In this document: positions 25,210 to 39,784 of the stretch, piece by piece
Numbering within the stretch: position 1 is the first letter of the stretch
Layout: every line of letters begins with the position of its first letter
DNA from: Eledone cirrhosa
Lineage: Eukaryota
DNA length: 64,000 nucleotides
Direction of reading: 5' to 3'
Assembly: GCA_964016885.1 (NCBI GenBank)
Contig: OZ024744.1
Span: 60,946,001 to 61,010,000, forward strand
Program-made: the position numbers and the translations under genes
Notes under the pieces: model-generated
The model's input: the letters and a program-made list of their open reading frames with translations, nothing else
What the model was told of the DNA's origin: nothing
Databases searched by the model: none

Positions 25210-26222
25210 CTGTAGAGGAAAAAATGAAAAAATATATACATAAATACATACATAAATATATATACATATATCATAATTCTCATCATCACTATTTTTGCAT
25301 TCATTTTCCATGCTTGCATGGGTTAGATGGTGGTTGTGTGCTGAACCCAGACCAATCAGGTGACTAGGTCTTGCTTATATGTTTTGTTTTGGCTGGATGC
25401 TCTTCCTAATGCTAACCACTTTACAGTATGTACTGAAAGAATGGTTTTGACGGCTGGATGCCCTTTCTAATACTAACCACTTTGCAGTGTGTACTAAGAT
25501 CATCTTTATCTTGACTCCAGGACTACCATGCTACAGGATGGAATGAGTGCTTTTGTCATGACACTAGCACTACCACCTTACAGGGTGGACTGGGTGCTTT
25601 TTGTTGTGTCACCAGCCCAACCACTGTACAGGATGGGCTGGGCGATTTTGTTGTGACAACAGCACCCCTTCATTACAGCACTAAGGCAATCAGTGCCTCT
25701 GGTCTTGGTGGGTTACAGTCATTGCACTGCTAGTGGGGCTTGGGTTATGGAGATGGCCTTGAAGCAAGTAGATGGTGTCTGACATATTGTGGGGTGTGCC
25801 TGACTTTTCTGGTTGGTCTAAAAGGGGGCATTTATATGCTGCTTGCAGTGAGCATGAGGGTCGCTGGATCAGAGGGGTGGCATCGGAGCATGTAGGTATG
25901 TGTGCTTGACTTTCCTAGATTGGAAAAGTATTCGGGATGTAAGGGTTCAGCAGGGAAGGTGAATCAATCGAGGTTCATTTTGTGGACATATTGTGGGGGG
26001 TGCCTGATTTCTCTTGATAGTATAAAAGGGGGCATTTATATACTAACATAGGTTGTATGAAGAAGTCATGAGTATACTCACCACCATAAACTTGAAGAAG
26101 CAGGTTTATGGAGGGGAGAGGGAATCAGGGGCATGCCCCCAGGGAATCCAAGAGTATACTGGCAGGTGGGAGGTGTGACAACCTGAGTGTTGTACAACCT
26201 TTCTGCTGCCTCACATTTACAA

Positions 26223-26257
<35 letters not shown>

Positions 26258-26769
26258 CATATACACACACATACATTTGGTTGGTTTAGATTTAAGGTAT
26301 TCATTTACTATTATTTTGGTGTTGGGTGAGTTTGTGAGAGAAAAAATGACGTCCATTTTCCACACTAGTGACAAGTTGTCCTGTTGTGGGCAATGCTAGG
26401 TCAGGTGAATATTGTTTTGCTCACACAGAACTAATTTTGGCTTGGTTTCTACAGCTGGATGCCCTTCCAAATGCCAACCTCATTTACAGTGTGTACTGGG
26501 TGCTTTTTGTTGCAACACCTACATGATCACTTTACAGTGTGAGCTGGGTGCTTTTTGTCATGATGCCTACATGACCACTTTACAGTCTATATATATGTAT
26601 ACACACATGATGTGTTTTGGTTTAAGTTTCTTCACTAAATATTTTAAAGAGCCTGATAATATATAAAGCAACAATATAAATATACACACATATGTGTATG
26701 TGTGTAGTGTAATAATAAACAAGTTATGAGGGAGCTCTATAAACAGTGGAAGAGCTGTATAATAATTAA

Positions 26770-27165
26770 TTACATAATAATGGTTTCTATTTTTGGCACA
26801 AGGCCAGTAATTTGAAGGGAAGGGGAAAGTCAATTAAATCATCCCAGTGCATTACTGGTACTTTATTTTATCGTGCTTGTAAGGATGAAAGGCAACTAAC
26901 CTTGGCGGGATTTGAACTTAGAATATAAAGGGCTGTAACTATATACCGTATTATGGCAGAATCAGTAGAGCATCGGACACCTGCTTCGAGGCATAGCGTT
27001 ATGGCCCTTTATAGCATGAGTTCAAATCCCACCAAGGTTAACTTTGCCTTTCATCCTTACGAGGCTGATAAAATAAAGTACCAGTAATGCACTGGAATCG
27101 AGTTAATCGACTTTCCCCCCCCTCTTCCAAATTGCTGGCCTTGTGCCTATCGTAGAAATTATTAA
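26770..27165. mobile_element. Head-to-head pair of a third SINE family (26770-26945 minus; 26955-27165 plus)
   Basis: gagttcaaatccc B box, then aactttgcctttcatcct...gataaaataaagtaccag and tail ggccttgtgcct...agaaa(att)n. Other copies are near 65-385, 3270-3605 and 33580-33910. Confidence 0.8.
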
Positions 27166-27815
27166 TTACACAATAAAGATATTACATAATATGATAGGCC
27201 ACTATTTAGTATGCTACTTCAACAGGTAAATTTACATGAGTCAATGTATCTCATACTTCAGCATAGTCATCAGATCTATATTTACATATGTTTGACTTGA
27301 GGAAATGCATTTCCTCGGGTCAACCATACACAGACTGGTTTGGTCACAATGGCCAATTGGTTTCATGTAACTCCCATCTGCTGTGAGAGGTCTTAAACTA
27401 ATGATGGGGATAGTCTTTTTAATATGAACATTTCCTATGTTTCATTCAGTGGCCATTATGGTGACATTGATATCTTGGGTGTGATATTTCTGTAGGTGAT
27501 TGTTAACAAGAAACACTCAGGTGAATCTGTTCTTTGACATGTATGTTTAGTTTGCAGACAGTGCTTCCAATGTATGAACCACTGCATTTGTTAAAATGTT
27601 ATCTTGTACACTACATTTGACCTGTTGTTTTGTTAGTCTTACTTTACTTTAGTTTTCACTCCTTTATTTCTAACTTACATTATACTGACTTTCCAAAGGC
27701 AACCCTAACCACATATGTGAGTTGGTCAGTAAGTCGATTGAACCACTGAATCCTAATCACAGAAACCAACAGAGGATCTATCATCATCATGATAACATAA
27801 ATAGATAATACTTAC

Positions 27816-27977
27816 CGGGAGAAGTTGATAGTATCACTGTTCTCTTTGTCCTGATCCCATTTTTGACAGCATTCAGGCCTCAGGGACAAAAACTTCTCAG
27901 CACTCTTACTATGAAAATCAACATCTTTGACAGAACGCTTTTGACTAACCATCACATGTGTACAGGGTATCAGATAT
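27816..27977 (-). CDS. FHIP1: FHIP1-like coding exon 6 (162 nt)
   Basis: YLIPCTHVMVSQKRSVKDVDFHSKSAEKFLSLRPECC. Acceptor ctcttcag, donor gtaag; phase 2-2. Confidence 0.92.
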
Positions 27978-29956
27978 CTGAAGAGAACAAATAGATATAT
28001 GAAACTAAAAGTAAACATGGTGAGAAACTAAAGGCTACAATGTTTGATGATCAAACATACAATATAGGGTTTGAGAAGATTCTTCAGTCTGGATAAACAT
28101 GTAACAACCACTCTATTTCTAGCTCTAGTTCCATTACAAAACATGCCCAATACACTCTGTAAAGTTTACACTCTGTTGATATTAGTGCTACAATAAAACT
28201 CATTTAGTTTACTTTGTAACGTGACAGTGTTAATGCCATAAAAAAATGTATCCAGTACACTCTGTAAAGTGGTAGTGCTGGTGCCACAGAAAAATGTATC
28301 CAGTACACCCTGCAAAGTATTGGTGTCGATGCCATAATAAAACACACTCAGCCCACTCTGATATTGAAAAGTGGTAGTGCTTGTGCCATAAAAAAATGCA
28401 CTCTGTACACTCTGTAAGCTAGTTGGCATTAGGAAGGATATCCAGCCTTAGAAACCATACCATAAGTGGAACGTATCAGCAAGATAAGGTCACTCTGACC
28501 TGTCTAATCTCAGATAATGACAACCTCTCCAACCCATGCCAGTGTGGAAAATGTATGTAAAAGGATAATGATGATGATTTAGGCACAGAAGTGTCATTTA
28601 CTTATCTAATCAATCAACCACACTGATTTAAGAAATACAAAGGATTATATGTTGTCAAACAAGATCAAAGTTTAACATGGCAAATATTTCAGTTATACAA
28701 CTAGAATAAGAAAAGATAGTTCATCAGATAAAAATGTTTAGATGTTAATAGAAATGTTAGAAGAGCCGAGATTAACCTGATGGAATTTTAAGAATAGGCA
28801 ATTTTTCCTTGGTGTATCTATTTGAACATGTTTCACTTTGAATGTTTTTCAAGTTAACTCATAACCAATACAGTTTTCTGTCTACTACATATTGTTAAAT
28901 GTAGTTTTCCACTATGTGTGTTTAAGTGAATGAAACTACTGAACATTTTTTTTTGCCTCAATATGCATCAGTCTGTCACAGTGTACACATTGTTATAAGC
29001 TCCATGTTATCCCTGATATCTTATTGAGACATAGTATATGTAGGACTATATTGTCTAATGTATAGTTGTTGTTTAACTCCAGATCAAGCAGATCTATGGT
29101 GAAAGGAATTCCAGTTGTGACTATCCCAACTTTTTAGCAGTGTGGGGGGATTACATTGTTGAAGGTGTGATTTGAGATTTGGTTGGTTTTATACCAAGTT
29201 GAATGATGATATAGTATAAGTGGCTATAGTTGTTTAGCTCCAGATCACACATAATACAAAAACACTCCATCTTTGACCATTCTGTCTTTGTATCTAGTGT
29301 ATAATATATGGTATAACTTGAATATAATATATCTATTATTGTTTAGTATCAAACCAACTCTGATCCAGCAACCTTATTATCATTCCAGTCACAATTGTCA
29401 TGTCTTTACACAAGCATAGTATATCTTGGATTACATTATGTAAGTTGTCTTTCCTTGTTGCTGTTGATACCTGTGGTTAAACAACATCCAACTCCAAAGA
29501 AGGACATGATTTTTCAATAATTCTTCTCACCGCGAGATATCCAGTCTTTATAACAGTGTCCATAGCTTTATAACTTAAAACACATTTCCTCTATTTGAAA
29601 GACATTAGGTAGTTCTTTTGAGGGAAGACTAATGTGATACATTAAGTAAGGTATAGAATATCCATCACTGATTATGTGGTCCCTATTTAAAAAAAATAGG
29701 GAGTTTTTAAGGAAAGATTTGACTGTATGGTAAAATGACTGTATAGAATCTCAGTTATTAGTTTATATGGCCCCTATTTTAAAGACAACAGTAAGGAGTT
29801 TGTTGAGGAATATGACTGTTACATTAAATAAGATAAAATGTCTATATAGAATCTCCCTCAAAGGTTTATGGGGTCCCTATTTTAAAAGCAGTAGGGAGTT
29901 TTGTGTGTTATATTAAATACATGTTGAGAGTTATGGATAGGGTTAATGTTACTTAC

Positions 29957-30036
29957 TTGAAAATCAGCTGGAACATGACATCTTCACAGTTGAGGTCAAC
30001 AAGGGTCTTGAAAAGTGACAGGGAGACCAGGGACAA
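29957..30036 (-). CDS. FHIP1: FHIP1-like coding exon 5 (80 nt)
   Basis: LSLVSLSLFKTLVDLNCEDVMFQLIFK. Acceptor ttctacag, donor gtaagt; phase 0-2. Confidence 0.92.
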
Positions 30037-30125
30037 CTGTAGAATAAAGAGTCAAGTAAATCTACTTGAAGTATAATCTTATAAGTGTGTGTGTATGTGT
30101 GTGCATATGTTTGTGTGTATATATA

Positions 30126-30518
<393 letters not shown>

Positions 30519-30539
30519 TATACATATATATATATATAC

Positions 30540-30587
<48 letters not shown>

Positions 30588-30590
<3 letters not shown>

Positions 30591-30842
30591 GGCACATGCC
30601 TTAGTGGTTAGAGCATTGGCCTTGCAATCGAAAGGTTGTGAGTTCAATTCTCAGACCGGGTGATGTGTTGTTTCCTTGAGCAAGACACTTTATTTCACAT
30701 TGCTCCAGTTTACTCAGCTGTAGAAATCAAGCCAGAATCAGTTCCCGTCCCACCCTTGCAAGCAGGGAAAAAGTGGACGTAAAATGATGATGATGATGAT
30801 GAAATGATGATGATATATATATACATATATATATATACATAT

Positions 30843-30893
<51 letters not shown>

Positions 30894-31220
30894 GTTAGAG
30901 CATTGGCCTTGCAATCGAAAGGTTGTGAGTTCAATTCTCAGACCGAGTGATGTGTTGTTTCCTTGAGCAAGACACTTTATTTCACATTGCTCCAGTTTAC
31001 TCAGCTGTAGAAATGAGATGATAGGGACTGGGGACTGGGGTCCCTATCATTCCACTGCAAAGTGGACGTGTAGGCGCCACGGCAAAAAAGCACCCAGCAC
31101 TCACTGTAAATGAGGTTGGTGTTAGGAAGGGCATCCAGCTGTAGAAATAAAGCCAGAATCAGTTCCCGTCCCACTCTTGCAAGCAGGGAAAAGTGGACGT
31201 AAAATGATGATGATGATGAT
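30588..31220 (+). mobile_element. Two tandem copies of the same SINE (30588-30812 internally deleted; 30891-31220 5'-clipped)
   Basis: Near-identical to 42305-42680. Confidence 0.85.
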
Positions 31221-32314
31221 ATATATATATATATATATATACACAATGATATTAAATAAATGGAAATTATATTTATTCTATTATATATATTTCAAAGGTA
31301 CTAAAATTTTGGTACGCTATCATCAGATAAAATACGAAGTGTGTTTTATTAATTTTGACATAACCAAGAAGAATATACCTTAACTGTTCAAGTTATCTGC
31401 TTATATATATATATATATATATATAAAGTGTATTTGTGTAGATTATATATATATATATACATACACTTAATGTTTATTATTTAATAAAGAAACAAATGTA
31501 TAAAAATGAGTCAGAGAGAGAAAAAAGGGAGAAGACAAACACTTGATTACACACCACAACAGGGAATGTTGGTGTTTTCCTCTAAAGCAATTTTGAACTA
31601 AGCCAAGACACTGATGTCATTACTGTTAGGTGATAGTGAGACTGGGGTGTTTGAGTAGCCAAGCACCCTGACAAAAGAGTATCACATTGTGAATGGCCCA
31701 GCTACCATGAATGCCTTGAATCTCATAGGCTAAAGAATGGAATTCACCAACAAATAATGGAACTTCATGAGTTTATTCCATTCTGCTATGGATGCAGTGG
31801 CCTGCAGCATTTAGAATGTGAGAAAGAGTGAAAACATACACACATACATACAGAAACTCATATATGTGAAAGCATGCATTGCCTAGTGGTTAGAGTGTTG
31901 GATTTGTGATCATGCGTAGCATGCGTTCTTCAGCAAGATGCATCATTTCACATTGCTACAGTCCAATCAGCTGGAAACCCCCACCAATTAATTGGGGTTA
32001 ACCTCTGCAGTGAACTTGCATCTGATGCCCCTATCATTAAAACAATGTGTATATTTAGGTTTCAATGTGTATATTAAATATAAAGCATAGTTTCATGTTG
32101 GCCTGTGTGTGTATTGATCAGTATGAATGTTGGCAATGGTCAATGGTGGGAGAGATTCACTGATGTAGGTTCAGCTTTATATAGATTAACAAGACCTTGA
32201 TAACTATAGCTTCCACCACCACCACTGTTGTTGCCATCTCCCCCAACACTATGAAAGCTACTTCATATCATTCGAAGGGTTTCTAAATATGCTACTTAGT
32301 AAACAACTACTTAC

Positions 32315-32482
32315 TTTGCTGTTGCTGTTGATCCTTGTTATTAGGGACTCAAGTATGATAATCTCATCATACTTCTCACTGAGGATAAACCTCAAGAAGG
32401 CCTTGATTAAGGTTGGTTCGGTGATTCGTCGGATGAAGAGGTCAAGATAAGCTGTGGCTGTGATGACCTCCTCTCGAGAATT
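32315..32482 (-). CDS. FHIP1: FHIP1-like coding exon 4 (168 nt)
   Basis: NSREEVITATAYLDLFIRRITEPTLIKAFLRFIL...LITRINSNSK. Acceptor ttttacag, donor gtaag; phase 0-0. Confidence 0.93.
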
Positions 32483-35360
32483 CTGTAAAAACAGATATGG
32501 GAATTATGCAAGATATAGAAGACGATTACGATGATGATTATAATGAAAATGAGTATTCTAGGATGCAGACGAGCATGCAAGCCTCCTTAAGGAACTTGAG
32601 CCACATCCTTAACCCTATCAATACCATATTTTTAATGAAAGGCACTACCTATGTTTTCCAAATGATTTGAAAATAATCAAGAATTTAGAGTATAATATAG
32701 CCAACTTTCTCATTATTAAGCTGGTGTTTGGAACATAACTTAAAGGTTCCCCACATAAAATTCTGATGGAAGATTTTTAGATAAATATAAACAGTTTAAA
32801 ACAAATAAATTTGTATTGTAGAACCAGGGTCAGGTTCAGGCAGTTTGGTATCAAAAGTGTTAATGCCTGCTTTTTCAAATGAAAAAGTTAAAGTGAGCTG
32901 CCAATATAATGGCTTCCTCTTGCATATTCTGTAGTAACATTGGTGTTTAATAACGGATGTAGATGACAATATAGTAGTGATAATGAATTGGGATATTACA
33001 AGAATATTGATGGTGACAATGATGATGATGATGACGATGACAATGACAATGGTTATAGTTTCTTTAAATACTGAGAAATACCTGAATAATTTTGGAGAAT
33101 ACAATATAAGAAGAATTTGGTAGGAAGACCAGATTTGAAGAATTATTTGGTCAAGTAAAGATGGACAAATTCAAAGGTTAAAGATTTTATAAATAGGTGG
33201 TGGATGAACAGAAAGATGGAAGGGAAAGGTTTGAACTAGGGGAGTAGAGTGAAGTTTGACAGAGACTTGGCTCTTATTTCTAGTAGGACAAGCAACCACG
33301 TAAATAAAGGCTGCTTTCTCGGTTCATTTCTAGGTTTGTGGATGCTGAAAGAGGTGTTAAAGGTTGAAGAGGCATGAAATAATGTTGGGTAGAGGGGTGG
33401 CTGGCTGGTCAGGCAACTAAACCAATCCACAAAACACAGTACTGACCAGATAACTTGGTGAGTCAAGTATTGCAATTGGTAAATAGGACAGTTCCTGCCA
33501 TTTTTAGAAAAAAGAAATTCAATTGAATATATTTTAAAATTAACAAACACATAATAACTACATAAATAAGCAGTATCGATAATAATTGTTTCTACTTTAG
33601 GCACAAGGCCAGCAATTACCCAGTGCATTACTGGTACTTTATTTTATCGACCCTGTAAGCAGTATCGATAATAATGATGAAGATGTTACTGATGATGGTG
33701 ATATAACAATAATAATATTGATAATGATTTCTAATTTAGGCACAAGGCTAACAATTTGTGGGGAGGCAGAAAGTCAATTTAATCCCCCCCCCCCCCATAC
33801 TCGACTGGTATTTTATTTTATCAACCCTGGAAGGATGAAAGGCAAAGTTGACCTTGGCAGAATTTAAACTCAGAATATAAAGATTCCTAAAAACAAATAC
33901 TGCAAAGCATGATGTTTGACATATTAATGATTCTCTCAAATAATAATAATTTCATAGACTCAAAGAGAATGAGGGTAGTATAAATGACAGGATACAACAC
34001 AGTGAGGATTTATATAAAACAATGTAAAAAGAAAATATAAAATAACAAAGAAAAATACCCTATATGTGTGGAGGAACAGGTATATAGGTTCACTCAAAGA
34101 ACCCCACATCTTGGATTAAACAATAATAACAATTAGTTAAATAAAAATAAAAAGGTTCAATCCCCTATTCAATCTAGAGGTTGCCACAAGTAAAGCTAGA
34201 AACTTTCTGTCCCTAATTATACAGCACTTTTCCAAACACCCAAAAGTACCACAAATTTTTTAATGCTTCCAATAATGCACACTAAATCAGGAAAAAAACC
34301 CCAAAAAAACCATGGTCCTACACAGACCCCCACTCCATGCACAAACTTACTACTGCTGAAACTACACTAACTCTTCACTGGGAGATCCTGTTCCACAAAG
34401 GCTGTAGTTTATAGAGCACCCCTCACACTACCAGATGACATCCCAATGAACTACACAGGCCCCAAGAGCCAATGACTTCAAAAGAAGATTTACACAGCAT
34501 ATGAAATCCTTTAGGTGCAGGGACAGAAAAGTTTATCTTTTTGTCCCGTTTCATCTGGAGACTCCGGCCCAACAAAATAACTCCCCCCAAACCACAGAGT
34601 ATCTCTTTACTTATCTAGAACTCATAACTGCCAATTCTGTTTCTTTGAGAAGCTGCATATATTATAACAGACTGCAGTATCCATCAACAGGAAAACCAAG
34701 CTATCATTTTTTGTGATCAGAGAAGTAACTTCAAAGACCACCTGCTCTATCTGGCCAATATACAAATGTTAGGGAGACAATCCTTACAACCTAATACTGT
34801 TAGACTAACAACCTTGCCACGTGGAATAGTAGCAGCTGATATACATTATCATTGGTTGTCACTACCCTCTCAAATTTCACACGTGGGTGGGCAGGTTAAT
34901 TCAGCTGACACTGCTAGACTGTCCACTCCCTATCCATGGTGGAACAACAAACAAGAAAATCCTATCACTAAGCTATCAACTTTAGCATGTAATCTGAACC
35001 AATCAAAGGATAACATTCTCCTCACCATAATGAATCTCAGTTGGCAGACATATTGTTTCTCTTCACCACTTTCATGAATATGTTTATGCCTATGAAACTT
35101 AAAGTAATGCAGTACTAGGTCATTTAACTTACACATTATGTACTCATTGGGTTGTACACACACCTGTACATATATATGTGTATCCTGTTTTTTAGAATAG
35201 GCCCACAATATCCCTACATGTCATAAAAGGCAACTAAAAGGGTCAGTGTCACTAAGGGCATCCAGCTGTAAAACATCGTCATTACCCATTCTGTCCAATC
35301 CATGCCAGCATGGAAAAATTGATGTAAAAATGATGATGACGATGATGATGATAATGATAT

Positions 35361-35698
35361 ATCATCATCATCATCATTTTACGTCCACTTTTCCCTGCTT
35401 GCAAGGGTGAGACGGGAACTGATTCTGGCTTGATTTCTACAGCTGGATGCCCTTCCTAACACCAACCTCATTTACAGTGAGTGCTGGGTGCTTTTTTGCA
35501 GTGGCACCTCCACGACCACCTTGCAGTGGAATGATAGGGACCCCTGTCCTATCATCTCATTTCTACAGCTGAGTAAACTGGAGCAATGTGAAATAAAGTG
35601 TCTTGCTCAAGGAAACAACACATCACCCGGTCTGAGAATTGAACTCACAACCTTTCGATTGCAAGGCCAATGCTCTAACCACTAAGTCATGTGCCTCC
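35361..35698 (-). mobile_element. Same SINE family, full-length
   Basis: Reverse complement of 42305-42680 with an (atg)n tail. Confidence 0.85.
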
Positions 35699-36109
35699 AT
35701 ATATATATATATATATCTTCTTTGCCCACTTAATCCTAGTAAGGTCATGGGGGCAAAGTCCTCAAACACTCCTTCCAGTGGGTCCTTTCAGAAGCAACTG
35801 TCTCCAAATGATCTGGCTGAATCCTCAAGCGAGACCAGCCAAGCTCATGGATGTTATTCAACCATCTTGCTCGGAGTCTACCCCTGGATCTCCCGCTGGT
35901 TGGTTTTGTTCGTAAAATCTATCCAGTGATTCTTCCCTGAGACATTTAACCACATACCCATAGTATATATATAAATTAAGTTCAATGAAACTATTTGTTT
36001 ACAATCTGTCTTGCATATACAAACACACATAGATATATAAGCCAATGAGTGAGCGTCTCTCTCTATTGCAAAGTGATATAACAAAAATAGCTGTTTTAAA
36101 CATACATAC

Positions 36110-36196
36110 CTGGTGTAAAGCTGCACCAAGGACAGGAACAAGGAAACCATTATAAATATACTTGACAAGCTGGTCACGTACCAGTGGATGGGCAAT
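36110..36196 (-). CDS. FHIP1: FHIP1-like coding exon 3 (87 nt)
   Basis: IAHPLVRDQLVKYIYNGFLVPVLGAALHQ. Acceptor cttctag, donor gtatg; phase 0-0. Confidence 0.93.
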
Positions 36197-36356
36197 CTAG
36201 AAGAGAGTGAAAGAAAAAATGAGCGACACATACAAAGATTGTGTTTAGATAGGTATAGATATACATGTGTGTAGATATATAAACTCACATATGTATGTAT
36301 GTATGTATATATACATATGTGTGTTTACATATATATATATACATGCATATATATTT

Positions 36357-36710
36357 GTGCAGATTAGAAAGAAATGAAGCGTGCATGCTCTGATGGATGT
36401 GTAATAGTAATATACGAGAATGGCAAAGCATAAACGAATTGAGAAAGAGACTAAGCGTAAGAGGAATCAAATGCTGTGTGCAGGAGAGGAGGTTGCGTTG
36501 GTATGGACATGTGATGCGTATGAAGGATGACAGCTGCATAAAAAGGTGCAGAGCACTAGAAGTCAATGGAAGCCTTGGAGTGGGGGAGACCCAAGAAGAC
36601 CTGGGATGAGGTGATAAAAGTTGACCTTGCCCAATTGCACCTCTCAAAGATGACGACACAGGACCGAGACCTCTGGCATTACACAGTAATACAGAAGACC
36701 TGACTTCCCA
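36357..36710 (+). mobile_element. RTE LINE 3' fragment
   Basis: [23 protein letters not shown]. Confidence 0.85.
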
Positions 36711-38061
36711 TGGGTACAATCCGAAGCTGAAGCATATAGACAGTATGCCCTCACCCCACTCACTGTAAAGTGGTCGTATAGGTGCCACAACAAAAAGCAT
36801 TCAGGAGCATCCAGCTGTAGAAATCAAACCAAAATCAGTTCCATATGAGCAAGACATGGTCACCTGATCTGGCATTGCCCACAACAGGACAAACCGTCTA
36901 ACCCATGCTAGTGATGGACATAAAACGGTGATGATGACGTTGATGATAATGTTATTGCCATTATAATTTGCAATCAAATCACTCTATAAAGTGGTTGGCA
37001 TTAGGAAGGGCATCCAGTTGTAGAAAGCATGCTAAAACTGGAACATATGTAAAGAAGACATGGCTCCAAGCCCATCTGGGAAGACAGTAGCTCTGATTAA
37101 GTACTGACATAGTCTGTGATGAACTCTCCAGCTCTCTCTGTTTCAGCTGGCAAGCATACTTGTTTGCTTTTAAGCAAGCAAGACTGCTAACCAGCCAGCT
37201 GAAATGGAGAAGAAATAGTGGAAAGTGCCATGATTCTGGTTGAAAGACATATGCTCAGCAAGGTCTTCAGCTGATTGGGCTTTATACGAGTAACAAAGAG
37301 TAGAGCCACAGGGAATGCCATCAAGTGATTTTGGATAAAATAGACTGATCCATGGCTGGTTACTGCTGGGTTGCAAGTTGGGACCTGATCAACTGTGACT
37401 GAATTGCTTGGGCAAGAGTACATGATGTTGAAAGACCTGAAACACCTAATGACCCCAGGTTACATCACCGATGATGTATCCTAGCTCATTTATGAGGACA
37501 TATCTTGTACGCAAACATACACACATATATATGTATATGTATATCTATACCCCTCTCTCTCTCTCTTTCTTTATATATATATATATTACACATATCGAAT
37601 TTATAAACATTTATATGAGTCTTTTATTTAGTGAATGTTTGGAGTATTATATTTACATATATAAATATATATAAAATAAAAAATGACAAACAAAGCAATT
37701 GGTCTTAATAATTTCACAGTTTGGATGAAAGAGAGAAAAAAAAGTTTGACATATTAGATGTTAGTCTTTCATCAAGAGAGTACAATAGTTCAGAGATTAT
37801 AAAATATAAAATAGAAAAGAGAGACATGTGAGTGAGTGTGTGTGTGTGTTGTTTTTAACTTTTTGTGTGTATCAGCATATATATTGGTGAAATGGTCTAA
37901 ACATTGTTCATGATAGTGTCCAAATGTGTCTGGTTGTATTAACATTGTATATGTGTGTGATTTGTCTGTGTATGTATCAATTATATGTAATTATATGTAA
38001 CAAATATCTATTTTTTGTTGTACATTTTGACACAATATATGCATGCATCTTATTTGATTAA

Positions 38062-38253
38062 CACTTTAGCATTTAAACCAACTGTATCCAGCCAGATTTC
38101 TCTCACCTCTTTCTGTTAAAACCAGTCATAACCGGCTACTCATGTACGGTATTGTTGTCAAAATAAATAATATCAAAATCTCGTTATGGTCAGTTTGAAC
38201 AGAAAGAGTTGAGAGAATTCTGGTTGGATATGGCTGGTTTAAATGCTAGAGGG
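38062..38253. mobile_element. piggyBac-like MITE
   Basis: ~35-bp imperfect TIRs (cactttagcatttaaacca / tggtttaaatgctagaggg) flanked by TTAA. A second left end is at 38490, and a related candidate is at 32613-32859. Confidence 0.7.
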
Positions 38254-38744
38254 TTAAGATGGAAATCGCCATTTCTAAAATTGGAAGTAATAGAAAATGA
38301 AGATGATGTAAAGGAGAGAGGAGGTGGAATAATGGAGAAAAGAAGAGAGGGATAGATGTTGAGAAAGAAGAAATAGAAGGAAAAAGTGAATAATTGCTTC
38401 AGAGGAAATGATTCCCTTTTTTTTTTCCATCTGATTTATTTATAAATATTTTGTAGTTACAATTCATATGTCATGGTTCTTTGCTTTAACCCTTTAGCAT
38501 TTAAACTAGCCATATCCGGCCACTCATACTGATATTAAGGTATTGTTCTCAAAATACATAATATCAAAATTTCATAGATTCCATATTATGTGAGATAATT
38601 ATGTGAGGTAAAGCCTTTTCTATGAAAATATAATAATAAATATAGAGTAACTTAAATGGTAAAGGGTTATAGCAAAAACACATTTTAAAATTTCAATCTC
38701 CATGTACTTCACAATACTTTCTATTAACAAATGAATGTCTGTAC

Positions 38745-38903
38745 CTGTAAGACGGCATTGCAGAATTCTAAAGAGTTTAGAAAAAGCATCAAATCTGGAA
38801 TATCTCTGCAGTCTTCTGTGGTCAAACAATACCAATCTTCATTGGTTATTGCTATTTTACGTGGTAAGGAGGAGAACAGTCCACTCAGTCCTGTTGCCAG
38901 AAC
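38745..38903 (-). CDS. FHIP1: FHIP1-like coding exon 2 (159 nt)
   Basis: VLATGLSGLFSSLPRKI...LFLNSLEFCNAVLQ is a hallmark FHIP motif. Acceptor tctttag, donor gtacag; phase 0-0. Confidence 0.93.
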
Positions 38904-39164
38904 CTAAAGAGATACAAGTTTTAATATTTAATGATCATTTCAAACAAACAATTTTTAAAAAAAAGATAAACTGATTTCACTCAAGCAAATTTATAAAAAG
39001 AACAGATAAAGTGGAAGACTATTATTCTTTTCCTAGTTTCATGGATTAGACTGGTCATGCTAGGGCACTTCCACAAAGGGATTTAGTTGATCCTCTCAAC
39101 CCCAGTCTGGTACTTTTGACAAACTGGTATGTTACAGGACACAAACACACATACAAATACATAT

Positions 39165-39329
39165 GTGATGGGCTTCTACACAGTTTCTGTCTATCAAATT
39201 TCACTAAAAAGGCACTGGTCAACCCATGGCTATAGTAGATGCTTGCCTGAGGTTCCATGCAGTGAGAGTGAACCTGAAAGAACGTGGTTGGAAAACAAAC
39301 TCCCTAACCACACAGCCATGCCTGCACCT
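39165..39329 (-). mobile_element. Fourth tRNA-derived SINE family
   Basis: ggtgcaggcatggctgtgtggtt...aggttcactc...aaactgtgtagaagccc. Degraded copies are near 1866-2005 and 60580-60690. Confidence 0.65.
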
Positions 39330-39784
39330 TTTATACAAATAAAATGGAGGAATATAACAAAATATGAAATCTAGCAATATAAAATATAGAAATATGTATT
39401 ATAAAGATATAAAATGTCTTGTTCTTTAATTGAATAAAATGTTATAAGAACATGTAATACTAGAATTTGTTTCAACACTGACGTGTATGTGTGTGTGTCC
39501 ATATGCATACAATTATATGTATGAGTATATAAATATAAACGTGTAAACACAGACACACAAAAATACACATTCAAACATACATTTACACAAACACACATAC
39601 TTTATACAAACGCACACATACACATACACACAGCGTAGCTTTTCCTCTCCTTCCTTTTGCATGCACATACATTCACGCGGGCAGCAGATGTAAAGAGAGA
39701 GAAGTAGTATGAGGTAGTAAAACTACTCCTCTCTCTGTACGTGTTGTGATATAATAGCAGAAATTTATATATAGATAAGAAAAT

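Noticed and set aside
25210-25319. N-terminal 37 aa of the 551-aa ORF
   Set aside because: Intronic (repeat tail and polypyrimidine tract). The exon starts at the AG acceptor before 25209.
33950-35120. Possible degraded LINE (also 47200-48000, 27200-27650, 6930-7200)
   Set aside because: They look TE-derived, but I could not read enough motifs to assign a family or boundaries.
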